The notes beneath the pieces are model-generated. The model ran no database searches and was not told where the DNA came from. It saw nothing but the letters and a program-made list of their open reading frames with translations. A DNA stretch of 62,990 bases, the filler included. It is 5 parts of 5 records of this genome, joined end to end, with 100 filler letters (N's around TTAATTAATTAA, not from the genome) between each part and the next. Parts side by side here need not be neighbours in the genome. Positions count along the whole stretch, not along the records: positions 33,951 to 42,392 come from DRR723986_6284; positions 42,493 to 62,990 come from DRR723986_6286; 3 more parts are not named here. One strand, 5' to 3'. The position numbers and the translations under genes are program-made. Position 1 is the first letter of the stretch. Each line of letters begins with the position of its first letter. Shown here piece after piece: positions 39,891 through 49,339 of this stretch.

Positions 39891-40751
39891 ATGAAAAGCC
39901 TGAAAAGAAATCTGCTAGCACTGGCTATCATCGGCGCGCCGTTTGCCGCGCAGGCAGAACTTAAACCAATCGACGATTCTCAGATGGGCAGCATCACCGG
40001 TCAGGCCGGTGTCACCATCGAGCTCGAAACCAAAGTAAACATTGGTGAATTCAGATACACCGATGAGGGCTCTCTCGCCATCAAGGACATCAGCATCGGC
40101 GGTGCTGGCGCCGGCTATGAGGATGAGATGTTCAAAGACATCGAGATCGGCAGAAGCCTGGCCTTCAAGGACTACACCGACCTGATCGATAATATCAAGA
40201 TCGAGATCGACGTTGCCGCAGATGGCGACGCCATCATCAACGTACTGCCAATCACCGCAGCTCCTATCGATTTTGGCGTGACAACCGGTGAATGGAGCCT
40301 GCAGGGCAACACAGACTCCACCCTGCTGGCAAGCAACTTTTCAATGAGAGGTATCTTCAACAAGGTCGGCATCACGGTGGATACCGCGACCGACAAGCTG
40401 ACCCTGGACACAAAGGTCGGTATTTCCGATCTGGATATCGATGTCGACTTCCTCGCGATCGGTATTCGTGACCTGCAGCTCACCAAGAATACCTATCTCG
40501 AAAAGGTTGCTGACAAAGCAACTGGCGGCAATGGCCCGACCATTCTGGATGCCGCCGCGGATATCGTAGTGGAGGTCTACAAAGACCAACGCTTCGGCAG
40601 CTCGGACGATTCCCTGGCGATTGATCTTCAGCAGTTTGACGCAGACATGAAGATTGGCCAGGTTCTGGTGGGCGGAACCAGCATCGGCTCCCTGACACTG
40701 GACAACCTCTCAGTGCAGAACACCCGCATGAGAATCTACGGTCACCAGTAA
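39891..40751 (+). CDS. DUF6160 / FilA-like exported protein
   Basis: Signal peptide then AELKPIDDSQMGSITGQAGVTIEL...YTDEG; C-terminal SIGSLTLDNL...IYGH. Confidence 0.75.
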   Translation: MKSLKRNLLALAIIGAPFAAQAELKPIDDSQMGSITGQAGVTIELETKVNIGEFRYTDEGSLAIKDISIGGAGAGYEDEMFKDIEIGRSLAFKDYTDLIDNIKIEIDVAADGDAIINVLPITAAPIDFGVTTGEWSLQGNTDSTLLASNFSMRGIFNKVGITVDTATDKLTLDTKVGISDLDIDVDFLAIGIRDLQLTKNTYLEKVADKATGGNGPTILDAAADIVVEVYKDQRFGSSDDSLAIDLQQFDADMKIGQVLVGGTSIGSLTLDNLSVQNTRMRIYGHQ

Positions 40752-40776
40752 CGCACCGAGGGCCCGTTCCGGGCCC

Positions 40777-41772
40777 TCACTCTGCCAACCCGGCGGCGCG
40801 TTTCATTTCCAGATCCAGATCGCTCTCTGCCAAGGGCTCTGAACTGATCAATTCAATCCGCGATTGTTCTCCCGGCTCACAGGGCTGAACGGTCAACGCA
40901 CCTTCCACCTGATTGATCACTCGCCAGCCATCCAGAGTATGCACAACGGCCTTGAACCGCACCAGGCGTTCGTCCATCGCCGTTGCCAGAAGAGACGCCT
41001 CCGAGAATTGAATTTCCGGGTGGATGCGCCAGCCCAGACTGTAATGCCCCTGACCACGGTTGGTCATCCGCTGCCAGGGCTGGTCGTCCAGAGACGGTGC
41101 CGGGGGGCGAAGATCAAGCGCAGCCCGCTGTTGATGAGCATCCGGGCTGGATACCGGCTGACGCTCCATCTCACCGTCCAGCCACTCGGGCGCCAAATGT
41201 CCCTGGCTTGTCGTGTAAACGGCACGCTTCGTCAGGGGCAGCGTGGCAATCCAGTCTTCAAACGCCGAGAGTTGCTGTGCCGTGCAAAGATCCGATTTGT
41301 TGGCGACCAGAATATCGGCAGCTTCGATCTGATCCCGGAACTGCACATTCTCAAGCACTTTCGGGTTCTCGAGTTTGCGTGGATCCACCAGAGTAATCAC
41401 CGGCCCCAACGCCAGGACATCCTGATAATGCTCTCCAGTCAAGGTATCGAGAATCTGGGACGGATGGCCCAGGCCCGTGGGCTCAATCAGCAAACGATCC
41501 GGGTTGGCTCTGGCAATCAGCTGATTCAGGCCGATCTGCATGGGCAGCCCCGCGACGCAGCACATGCAGCCACCCGGCACCTCGCGCACCACCGCCCCCT
41601 CGGTCTCCAGGATGGCACCATCAATGCCCACCTCGCCGAACTCGTTCACCAGTACCGCCCAGGTTTCCCCTTCCGGCTTCTGGCGCAGAAGGTCCAGAAT
41701 GGCAGTGGTTTTGCCAACGCCAAGGAACCCGAGTATCAGGTTGGTGGGAATCGGGCGGGTAATGCTGGACAT
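40777..41772 (-). CDS. COG0523/CobW family metallochaperone GTPase
   Basis: GFLGVGKT, NEFGEVGID, GCMCC, IEPTGL, NKSD. Confidence 0.93.
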   Translation of the reverse strand: MSSITRPIPTNLILGFLGVGKTTAILDLLRQKPEGETWAVLVNEFGEVGIDGAILETEGAVVREVPGGCMCCVAGLPMQIGLNQLIARANPDRLLIEPTGLGHPSQILDTLTGEHYQDVLALGPVITLVDPRKLENPKVLENVQFRDQIEAADILVANKSDLCTAQQLSAFEDWIATLPLTKRAVYTTSQGHLAPEWLDGEMERQPVSSPDAHQQRAALDLRPPAPSLDDQPWQRMTNRGQGHYSLGWRIHPEIQFSEASLLATAMDERLVRFKAVVHTLDGWRVINQVEGALTVQPCEPGEQSRIELISSEPLAESDLDLEMKRAAGLAE

Positions 41773-41785
41773 AATTCTGGCCTCA

Positions 41786-41808
41786 AAAACGTTATACTAT
41801 AACAACAT
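41786..41808. promoter_or_regulatory. Zur box
   Basis: AAAAC-GTTATA-C-TATAAC-AACAT palindrome just upstream of the COG0523 start. Confidence 0.75.
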
Positions 41809-41846
41809 TGACCAGGCCGGGCTACGTCCCGACTAAGGAGGAGTTA

Positions 41847-42383
41847 ATGCCAAGACTGTTCTTCGGGCTGGAAATTCCTGAGTCGATCAAGACCAGCGTC
41901 TTAACGGTAAAAACTGACATTAACGGTGCCCGCTGGCAAAGCGAAGCCCAGCTTCACCTAACCCTGGCGTTTCTGGGAGAGGTGGAGAGCGAACAGGTAA
42001 CCCAGGCTCGGGATAACGCCAGAAAGGTGGCCCATACGCCTTTTGAGCTGGAAGCCGCCGGGCTGGGTTGCTTCGGCAAGGAGGAGAGCCCGAAAATCCT
42101 CTGGGCGGGGGTCTCTCACGAGGATGAACTGAGGGAACTGCAACGCACCCTTGCCCAAGGGCTCACCAACGACGGCTTCACTCTCCAGAATCCTTCATTC
42201 AAACCTCACATCACACTGAGCCGCTTTCGGGCTGGCGCGGGCTCGGTGGCCGAGCTGATCGAGCGTTATCGGAGCACCCGGTTTGGCAGTTGGTCGGTTC
42301 AGGACTTTGCGCTGTTTGAAAGTACTCCAGGCCAGAGCGGCTCTGTCTATACCGTGCTGGAACGCTATCCGTTAAACGCCTGA
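41847..42383 (+). CDS. thpR: RNA 2',3'-cyclic phosphodiesterase (2H family)
   Basis: MPRLFFGL, HLTLAFLG and PHITL 2H motifs; AAGGAGG RBS. Confidence 0.92.
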   Translation: MPRLFFGLEIPESIKTSVLTVKTDINGARWQSEAQLHLTLAFLGEVESEQVTQARDNARKVAHTPFELEAAGLGCFGKEESPKILWAGVSHEDELRELQRTLAQGLTNDGFTLQNPSFKPHITLSRFRAGAGSVAELIERYRSTRFGSWSVQDFALFESTPGQSGSVYTVLERYPLNA

Positions 42384-42392
42384 AGCTTCAGG

Positions 42393-42492
42393 NNNNNNNN
42401 NNNNNNNNNNNNNNNNNNNNNNNNNNNNNNNNNNNNTTAATTAATTAANNNNNNNNNNNNNNNNNNNNNNNNNNNNNNNNNNNNNNNNNNNN
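42393..42492. other. Artificial contig linker
   Basis: N/TTAATTAATTAA/N. Confidence 0.99.
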
Positions 42493-43224
42493 AGGTGTGC
42501 CTGTGGGGCCGTCAGTTTCACCGCCGCCACCGCCAGCCGCATCGCCCAGCATACCCAGTGCATCGGCCAAAGGATCAGTCACTGCCGCCAGAGGGGTACC
42601 TGCCAAACCGTCAAACACAGGATCCAGCACTGCATCCAAAGGCGTGCCCGTTGTGCCTCCGGTATCACCACCGTCGTCACCACCGCCATTGCCATCGTCA
42701 TCATTGTCATCCACCGTGCCACCACCCGTGGAATTGGTCGGACCCGATCCCTCATCGTCACTGGAAGAAGCAAGCAAACCCAAGCCCACAGCACCCGCGC
42801 CTACTGCTGCAGCCGTGCCACCGAGTGAACCACCTGCCAACAAACCACCACCAAACAGACCGAACATGCCGCCTTCGGCACCGGCTTGATCCACACCCTG
42901 CAATTCAACCATCTCAGCAAAATCGGGATCAAGATTTGCGATTGTCACGCCATCGTCTGACAAGGCTTCAAAAACAAGGGCTGTTTGGCCGTTTTTCAAT
43001 GTGGTGTCGGCAATAACACTCCCAGTCGGAGCGACCAGCAAATTGCCGATCGGCTCACCATAACTATTAGACAATATGATGGATGCGCGTCCAGAATCGC
43101 TGGCAGTGATCACATCACCAGCCATGATGGAATCGCCAGCGGCCAGTGATCGGGTTTCGCCGTCACGCATGATGCTGACCGGGCCTTCCAACTCATTGAC
43201 TGAACCAATTACCTGTGTGGACAT
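42493..43224 (-). CDS. Retention-module-like N-terminus plus Gly/Asp-rich repeats; probable surface/secreted protein (truncated)
   Basis: VIGSVNELEGPVSIMRDGETRSLAAGDSIMAGDVIT; Gly-rich hydrophobic segment; GTPL-x-AV-x-DP repeats. Confidence 0.6.
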
Positions 43225-43312
43225 GTCGCCTCCAAAATCTAATAGTGTTTGTGTTGTCGAATTTGTAAGTAATACTCTGACAACCCGAATGCGGATTCAA
43301 AACTGGTTGCAA

Positions 43313-44584
43313 TTAAACCAGAATCAATAAAATCGCGGCCAAAACGGCACCCCACACGGCACCGATCAAGGGCATCATCCATTCATATCGGGAAAATACC
43401 GGGCGCAGCGCTTTTTCAAACTCCATAGCTGGCAGGCCAGACAGCCTTTCGACAATGACTTCCTCGATTCGCAAGGCATCATTCAGGTAAACACGCGCCG
43501 CCATGAGGTGTGCCTCTAGTTTGCTGGCAAAAATTTTTGCAGCATCGCGTTTGATGGCCACCCATTGCTCGGCACCGAGGATGGTGACCAGCAATGGCTT
43601 GACCCCACTGGACTCCAGATCCATCACCCTTTGCACATGGTAATCAATCAACGATGACAAATTCTTTGCGTTGGGCCCGCGACAAAGCGCCAAAACGATA
43701 TTCTCGGTAGTCAGCACTTCACGTGCGGCGGTTTGCGCGAACAATTCAGAAATGTGTTTTTGATCGCGGAAGAAAAAACCCGTGAACTTGCCCAAACGAA
43801 TGGTGCCATGATCCGGATGGAAGAACAGGCTCTCCAGCGCCAGTTCGTTGGCCAGTGCGCCAAGCACCACACCCACCACAATCAGCCAATACCATTGAAT
43901 GCCAAACAGTGAAATTCCTGCCAGCAATACACCCACGACCAGCCCCGCTACTAGCGAGAAACGGATGAGGTACGCCATTGGGTCTTTGCCTGCACTCTTG
44001 AAGAGGTCAACAACCAAAAATGGTTTGCTGGTCACTACGTCCAGCACGAGCGTTTTCAGGCTCAAGTAGTAGGCAGGCTTTTTTTGTAAATCAAGAATAA
44101 TCTGTTTGGCCACTTCAGGCACGATGCCGCGAATTCTGAAAATAATCGAGTTCTGCAAGAAACTTGGCAAACTCTCCCACAAGGTGGGCTTGTGCTTCAG
44201 CATCACCTCGCGGCATGCGAGGTCCGCAGTCTCTTGCATGGGTGGAGTCAGCCGATCCGACAAACCCTGTGCCGGAATGCGCTTGATCATCTCATCCAGT
44301 GGAAGTAGCTTGTGAGTCATCAGGCGCACGGCTATTTCAGCCATAACCGATTTTTGGTGTGGTACCAAACCCTGCCAGCCTAGCCCCTCAAGACCCAGTT
44401 GGTGTAAGCCCAGTTTTCTGAACAAAGGAATACGCCATCCCTTGAATTCTTTTGGATTGAACATCAACCAGAGTGCCGCAGCCTGGAAAAACCAGGCAAG
44501 AAACAGTCCTGTCGCTGCCATGACCAAAAAAACAGCCCAAGCTGGCAGCCCCAAATGTAGGAAGGAGAAATCCAAAACGATCAT
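43313..44584 (-). CDS. DUF445 family membrane protein
   Basis: ALWLMFNP, GWQGLVP, LWESLP, FEKALRPVF..EW...GAVWG. Confidence 0.85.
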   Translation of the reverse strand: MIVLDFSFLHLGLPAWAVFLVMAATGLFLAWFFQAAALWLMFNPKEFKGWRIPLFRKLGLHQLGLEGLGWQGLVPHQKSVMAEIAVRLMTHKLLPLDEMIKRIPAQGLSDRLTPPMQETADLACREVMLKHKPTLWESLPSFLQNSIIFRIRGIVPEVAKQIILDLQKKPAYYLSLKTLVLDVVTSKPFLVVDLFKSAGKDPMAYLIRFSLVAGLVVGVLLAGISLFGIQWYWLIVVGVVLGALANELALESLFFHPDHGTIRLGKFTGFFFRDQKHISELFAQTAAREVLTTENIVLALCRGPNAKNLSSLIDYHVQRVMDLESSGVKPLLVTILGAEQWVAIKRDAAKIFASKLEAHLMAARVYLNDALRIEEVIVERLSGLPAMEFEKALRPVFSRYEWMMPLIGAVWGAVLAAILLILV

Positions 44585-44760
44585 CCTGAAGTAATTATTA
44601 AAATAATTGATCTAATTTCCACCCCCTAGCGGGCAGCCATAGATCGTTATACTGGCGAACGAGACAAGACAGATTAGAAAAAGCCGTCCAAAAATAGATC
44701 GACGACTATATATCTTTATACTTTACCAACAAAAAATAAGATTCTAAGGGGACGCCTTTC

Positions 44761-46002
44761 ATGGATTGGGCAACTATTTACGCTGATGTTCAGCAGAACT
44801 ACCTCTTTTACCTCTCAATCCCTGTAGTTGCCGCCATCCTTGGTTATGTCACCAAGATTGCCGCGGTCAAAATGATGTTCTATCCCATGAAGTTTGTGGG
44901 CATTCCTCCATTCTTTGGCTGGCAAGGTATTGTCCCGCGCAATGCCCTTCGCATGGCTTCCATTGCAGTTGACACCATTACGACCAAGCTTGTGTCGGTC
45001 AATGAAGTGGTTTCCAAACTGGACTCTGAACGTTTGGGCAAGGAGCTCGAAGGTCCGGCCATGGAAGTCATTGAGACCATCATTCGTGAGGTGATGTCAA
45101 AGCATCAGCCAAGGCTTTGGGAAAGCTTGCCTAACTTTGCCCAGAAAAAGCTGATTGATCGAGTGAAGAAAGATGTACCCGGAGTCATTGCCAGCGTGAT
45201 GGAAGACATCAAGGGCAACATCGATGAAATTCTCGACTTGAAGGCCTTGGTCATTCGTATCCTGATGAAGGACAAGCACCTGCTGAACCGGATTTTCCAA
45301 GAGGTAGGCCGTGAAGAATTCAAGTTCTTTGGCGTGTCAGGACTCTATTTCGGTTTTATGATCGGTGTCGTGCAAATGATTCTGTGGGTACTTCTGAAAG
45401 AGCCATGGATTCTGCCCGTATTCGGTTTTCTGGTGGGTTTTATTTCTGACTGGATCGCTTTGAATATATTGTTCGAGCCTAAGAAGCCCATTCCGTTCGG
45501 TTCCTACACCATTCAGGGCCTGTTCCTGAAACGTCAGCAAAAAGTGGCTGCGGATTACGCAAAAATTATTGCGCGCGACATTCTCACGCCACAAACCATC
45601 ATCGGTGAAATGGTGGCGGGCCCTCTGTCTGAGCGAGTCCAGAAAATGGTGGATGAACGTGTGCGGGAAATGGTGGACAGCAAGGCCAGCATTGTGAAAC
45701 CTTTCGTGGTGATGGCTGTAGGTGCAGAGTCATTCCAGCGCATGAAACAAGACACGTCCGAAATGTTGATGGCACGCTTGGCCGATGTGATCATGCATGC
45801 CGAAACTTACGTTCAGACTTCACTCGACATTGAAAACGTGGTGGGCAAGAAAATGCAGGCCATGACTCCGTTGGAGTTCGAGGGACTGTTGCGCCCGGTT
45901 TTCAAGCAGGAAGAATGGATTTTGATCATGACTGGCGCCATTTTGGGTGGATTGGTGGGTGAAGGCCAACTGATGGTGATGATCAAGCTGGGTATTATTT
46001 AA
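44761..46002 (+). CDS. DUF445 family membrane protein
   Basis: AVKMMFYP, GWQGIVP, LWESLP, FEGLLRPVFKQEEW..GAILGG. Confidence 0.88.
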   Translation: MDWATIYADVQQNYLFYLSIPVVAAILGYVTKIAAVKMMFYPMKFVGIPPFFGWQGIVPRNALRMASIAVDTITTKLVSVNEVVSKLDSERLGKELEGPAMEVIETIIREVMSKHQPRLWESLPNFAQKKLIDRVKKDVPGVIASVMEDIKGNIDEILDLKALVIRILMKDKHLLNRIFQEVGREEFKFFGVSGLYFGFMIGVVQMILWVLLKEPWILPVFGFLVGFISDWIALNILFEPKKPIPFGSYTIQGLFLKRQQKVAADYAKIIARDILTPQTIIGEMVAGPLSERVQKMVDERVREMVDSKASIVKPFVVMAVGAESFQRMKQDTSEMLMARLADVIMHAETYVQTSLDIENVVGKKMQAMTPLEFEGLLRPVFKQEEWILIMTGAILGGLVGEGQLMVMIKLGII

Positions 46003-46022
46003 GTGCATTGAATACCCATGAC

Positions 46023-46051
46023 AAAAAACCCGGCAGGTGCCGGGTTTTTTT
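46023..46051. terminator. Bidirectional terminator
   Basis: AAAAAACCCGGCA-gg-TGCCGGGTTTTTT. Confidence 0.85.
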
Positions 46052-46065
46052 ATTTGCGAGACCGG

Positions 46066-47010
46066 TTAGACATGAACCCTGGCTTTGGCCAGCCCAGGAT
46101 TCTCTCGACCAGTTTCCGCAAACTCCACAAATTCTGACACGCAATTGGCCACCCATTCGGAATGACTTTGCACAACCCAGTGCTGGGCATCAATGTCGCG
46201 ACGCCATACATTGTGGGCATATGGGTAGCAGGACTCAACCAATGCCGTGGTTACAAATTTGTCTTTGGTGGGTACCAATAACTGGACTGGTACATCAGTT
46301 TGGCGCAAACGCGGACTGCTGATGCGGGGCAACATGTTGGCGCGGTACAAGTTGATGCCATTTACACCGTCTTTGCGTTGCGTGGGATTGGCATCGTGTT
46401 CAACACCCTCCATCTTCTTCACAATTCCAGGCCATGCTTTGTCCAAACCCATTTTCCAGGCAGCAGGCGCCAAGAATGGCAACTGAAATGCATACACATA
46501 CCAGGAATGCATCAACTGCCCCATGACATTGCCCAAGGCCTTGCGGTTATTGGCCAGAAAGCTGTTACGCATCCACATGCCTATGTGGTCAAGGCATGGG
46601 CCCGAAATGCTGGTGTAGCTTGCTATACGCGATTTCAAGCGATGATCGGTCACGCTTTCCCACGTTTGAATGGAACCCCAATCGTGCGCCACCAAATGAA
46701 CTGGTTGGGTAGGACAGACCGCACGCATTACCGCCTGAAGGTCTTCAGACAGTTTGTTCAGGGAATAATCCCACATCCAGCCTGGTGCCGTGGACTTTCC
46801 ACAGCCACGAACATCGTAAGTCACTACATGGAAGTGATGTTTTAAAATTTCAACAACCGGGTCCCAGACCGTGCTGCAATCGGGATACCCGTGCACCAAA
46901 ATGATGGTTGGGTTGTGCGGTTCGCCGTGGCTGTTAACTGCAAGCTCAACGTCACTGGAGTGAACAATCATTTGGTTCATACGGCGCTGTTTTTCTTGTG
47001 TCTCTGTCAT
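46066..47010 (-). CDS. Alpha/beta hydrolase (EphD N-domain-like)
   Basis: LVHGYPD, YDVRGCG, AHDWGS. Confidence 0.9.
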   Translation of the reverse strand: MTETQEKQRRMNQMIVHSSDVELAVNSHGEPHNPTIILVHGYPDCSTVWDPVVEILKHHFHVVTYDVRGCGKSTAPGWMWDYSLNKLSEDLQAVMRAVCPTQPVHLVAHDWGSIQTWESVTDHRLKSRIASYTSISGPCLDHIGMWMRNSFLANNRKALGNVMGQLMHSWYVYAFQLPFLAPAAWKMGLDKAWPGIVKKMEGVEHDANPTQRKDGVNGINLYRANMLPRISSPRLRQTDVPVQLLVPTKDKFVTTALVESCYPYAHNVWRRDIDAQHWVVQSHSEWVANCVSEFVEFAETGRENPGLAKARVHV

Positions 47011-47224
47011 GGGGGTTGCCCTTATTGGATGTTGTTTGGTGTATTAGCAGGTTGAGCTCCCAATCACTTTATAACCCCCATTGAACCTCTATTCTTTCGG
47101 TTGGGTTAGAGGAGAAACTCCAAATAAGCAAATAACTAAAAAATAGAATGACTTACAGCGTTTTTTGATGCAGTGCGTTATTATTGGGCCGTTTGAAAAA
47201 CTTACGAGATCTAAAGCCGCAACC

Positions 47225-48001
47225 ATGTCAAATCTGATTCAAGAACAAGTCACTGAAGTCCACCACTGGAACGACACCTTATTCAGCTTCAAAACAACCC
47301 GAAGCCCTGGCCTGCGTTTCCACAACGGACACTTCGTGATGATTGGCCTGGAAGTGGAAGGCAAACCTCTGCTCCGTGCCTACAGTATTGCCAGTGCAAA
47401 CTATGAAGAGCACCTCGAGTTTTTCAGTATCAAGGTGCCCGACGGCAAATTGACGTCACGCCTGCAACACTTGAAAGTAGGCGATTCCGTACTGGTGGGC
47501 AAAAAACCCACTGGCACCCTGATTCTTGATGACTTGAAACCTGGTAAAAACCTGTTCATGTTTGGCACTGGGACGGGGCTGGCACCTTTCATGAGTCTGA
47601 TCAAAGACCCAGAGGTGTACGAGCGTTTTGAAAAAGTCATCCTAGTTCACGGCGTACGCTATGTGAATGAGTTGGCCTACAGCGAATTCATTACTGAAGA
47701 GCTTCCCAATAATGAGTTTTTTGGTGACCTGGTGCGTGAAAAACTGATTTACTACCCCACCGTTACTCGCGAAGAATTCAAGAACGTAGGTCGCATCACC
47801 ACCCTGATGGAAAATGGCGAATTGTGTAAGGATGTCGGTCTACCGCCCCTGAACCCCGAAACAGACCGTGCCATGATCTGCGGAAGTCCCAGCATGCTGG
47901 CCGACATTCGCGGCATCCTGGACGCCAAAGGTTTCGTGGTGTCGCCTGGCGTGGGCGAACCAGGCGACTATGTCTTCGAACGCGCATTCGTCGAAAAATA
48001 A
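47225..48001 (+). CDS. fpr: Ferredoxin-NADP+ reductase
   Basis: RAYSIAS, GTGLAPF, TVTRE, MICGSPSM, ERAFVEK. Confidence 0.96.
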   Translation: MSNLIQEQVTEVHHWNDTLFSFKTTRSPGLRFHNGHFVMIGLEVEGKPLLRAYSIASANYEEHLEFFSIKVPDGKLTSRLQHLKVGDSVLVGKKPTGTLILDDLKPGKNLFMFGTGTGLAPFMSLIKDPEVYERFEKVILVHGVRYVNELAYSEFITEELPNNEFFGDLVREKLIYYPTVTREEFKNVGRITTLMENGELCKDVGLPPLNPETDRAMICGSPSMLADIRGILDAKGFVVSPGVGEPGDYVFERAFVEK

Positions 48002-48020
48002 GGTTTGCTTAATCAAAAAC

Positions 48021-48059
48021 AAACCGGAGCAAGGATTAATTCCCTACTCCGGTTTTTTT
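48021..48059. terminator. Terminator hairpin
   Basis: AAACCGGAG...CTCCGGTTT followed by T-run between convergent genes. Confidence 0.7.
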
Positions 48060-48085
48060 GTTGCCCTGAATCAAGAAACAGAAAG

Positions 48086-48490
48086 TTACTTGCCGACAGC
48101 TTTTTCTGCTTCAAGCTCTTCCAGCAAAGCCTTGGCATGACGCATGCTGTCCATGGCTGCCGGGAATCCGCAGTACACACTGGCGTGAATGATCAACTCA
48201 CGCAACTCGTTGGGTGTTACGCCATTGTTGATGGCACCGCGCATGTGGAGTTTGAGCTCGTTAGGTCGATTCAAGGCGATCAACATGGACACAGTGGCAA
48301 TACTGCGAATTCTCGGCTCAAGCCCTTCACGAGGCCACACAGTGCCCCACGCGTGGGAGGTCACAATGTCTTGCAAAGGTGCAGCAAAATCTTCAGGATT
48401 TGACACCGCTTTGGCCACATAGTCAGCGCCGAGCACCTTGGCCCGCATCGCCTTGCCGGTGTCGTAATTGGCCGGCTTGTTATTTGCCAT
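48086..48490 (-). CDS. Carboxymuconolactone decarboxylase family protein
   Basis: AWGTVWPREGL, ELKLHMRGA.NNG, YCGFPAA. Confidence 0.9.
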   Translation of the reverse strand: MANNKPANYDTGKAMRAKVLGADYVAKAVSNPEDFAAPLQDIVTSHAWGTVWPREGLEPRIRSIATVSMLIALNRPNELKLHMRGAINNGVTPNELRELIIHASVYCGFPAAMDSMRHAKALLEELEAEKAVGK

Positions 48491-48941
48491 ACTTCTCCCC
48501 CAGTTTTTCAATGAACCGATCCACCAAACCATCAAACATGGTTTTAATAAAACCAGGTGTCGCAGCCTTCAACAACATGGGTACCTTGATGTCGCGCAAT
48601 TGACCGTTGATTTCGATTTCAATGTCAACCTGTTTGCCATTCGGCTTGAACTGGAAAGCCCCAGAAAGAGTCGCATTGCCGACGCCTTCCTTGGCCTTGA
48701 AGCTCAAACGTCCGTTGGCTTTGTCCACTTCGTAAATGGCCGCGTAATGAACCGCGTGAGAAACACCCATGGCACCAATCGGCTTGAGTTTCCACTCAAA
48801 GGTATTTGGGCCCAGCTTGTTCAAGCTTTCCAGCTTTGGGAAAATTGAGATCAGAGGCTCAATCGCTTCGAGGTCAGCCAAAACGGCATCGTAATTCAAA
48901 GCCACTGTGGCTGTTTTATCCAGTGAAAGTTTGCTATCCAT
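48480..48941 (-). CDS. SRPBCC/CoxG-like protein
   Basis: 153 aa with START-like alpha/beta pattern and C-terminal helix; overlaps the CMD start. Confidence 0.6.
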   Translation of the reverse strand: MDSKLSLDKTATVALNYDAVLADLEAIEPLISIFPKLESLNKLGPNTFEWKLKPIGAMGVSHAVHYAAIYEVDKANGRLSFKAKEGVGNATLSGAFQFKPNGKQVDIEIEINGQLRDIKVPMLLKAATPGFIKTMFDGLVDRFIEKLGEKYGK

Positions 48942-49022
48942 GTCAAATTCTCCTCAGTTTTAAGACCGTGTCTCGTGTGCTGGAGTACACTGCCGAAATG
49001 ATAATTTGGTTAAATAATACTC

Positions 49023-49322
49023 ATGAGTAACATACCAGCAGATCCGCTATTGCGGATTAAAAAGCTATCAGATTCACTCCAAAATAATGAATTTGAGAAC
49101 ACCAGTGCATTAATTTTTGCGTTCCGACAGGAGAAAGACCTGTTACGCGATCTACCCGCAGTGTTCGAAGGTGCACTTGAAAGTATCCTTGAGCGCCTAG
49201 AAAGTACCGCTATGTTTGGCGGTGAAAGCTGCTCGTTCAGCCAAAGTGATCTGTTGGCAGCACTCACGATTTGGCTGGAAAAAGCCAAGTCCTACCTCGA
49301 AAAGCAACTGGGTATCGCATAA
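49023..49322 (+). CDS. Hypothetical protein
   Basis: 99-aa helical ORF (LERLESTAMFGGESCSFSQ..L..WLEKA). Confidence 0.65.
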   Translation: MSNIPADPLLRIKKLSDSLQNNEFENTSALIFAFRQEKDLLRDLPAVFEGALESILERLESTAMFGGESCSFSQSDLLAALTIWLEKAKSYLEKQLGIA

Positions 49323-49339
49323 ACAAAAGCTTGTCGTGT

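Noticed and set aside
10444-42492. Four identical TTAATTAATTAA palindromes in N-runs
   Set aside because: Artificial six-frame-stop linkers; not biological repeats. No cross-contig gene associations were inferred.
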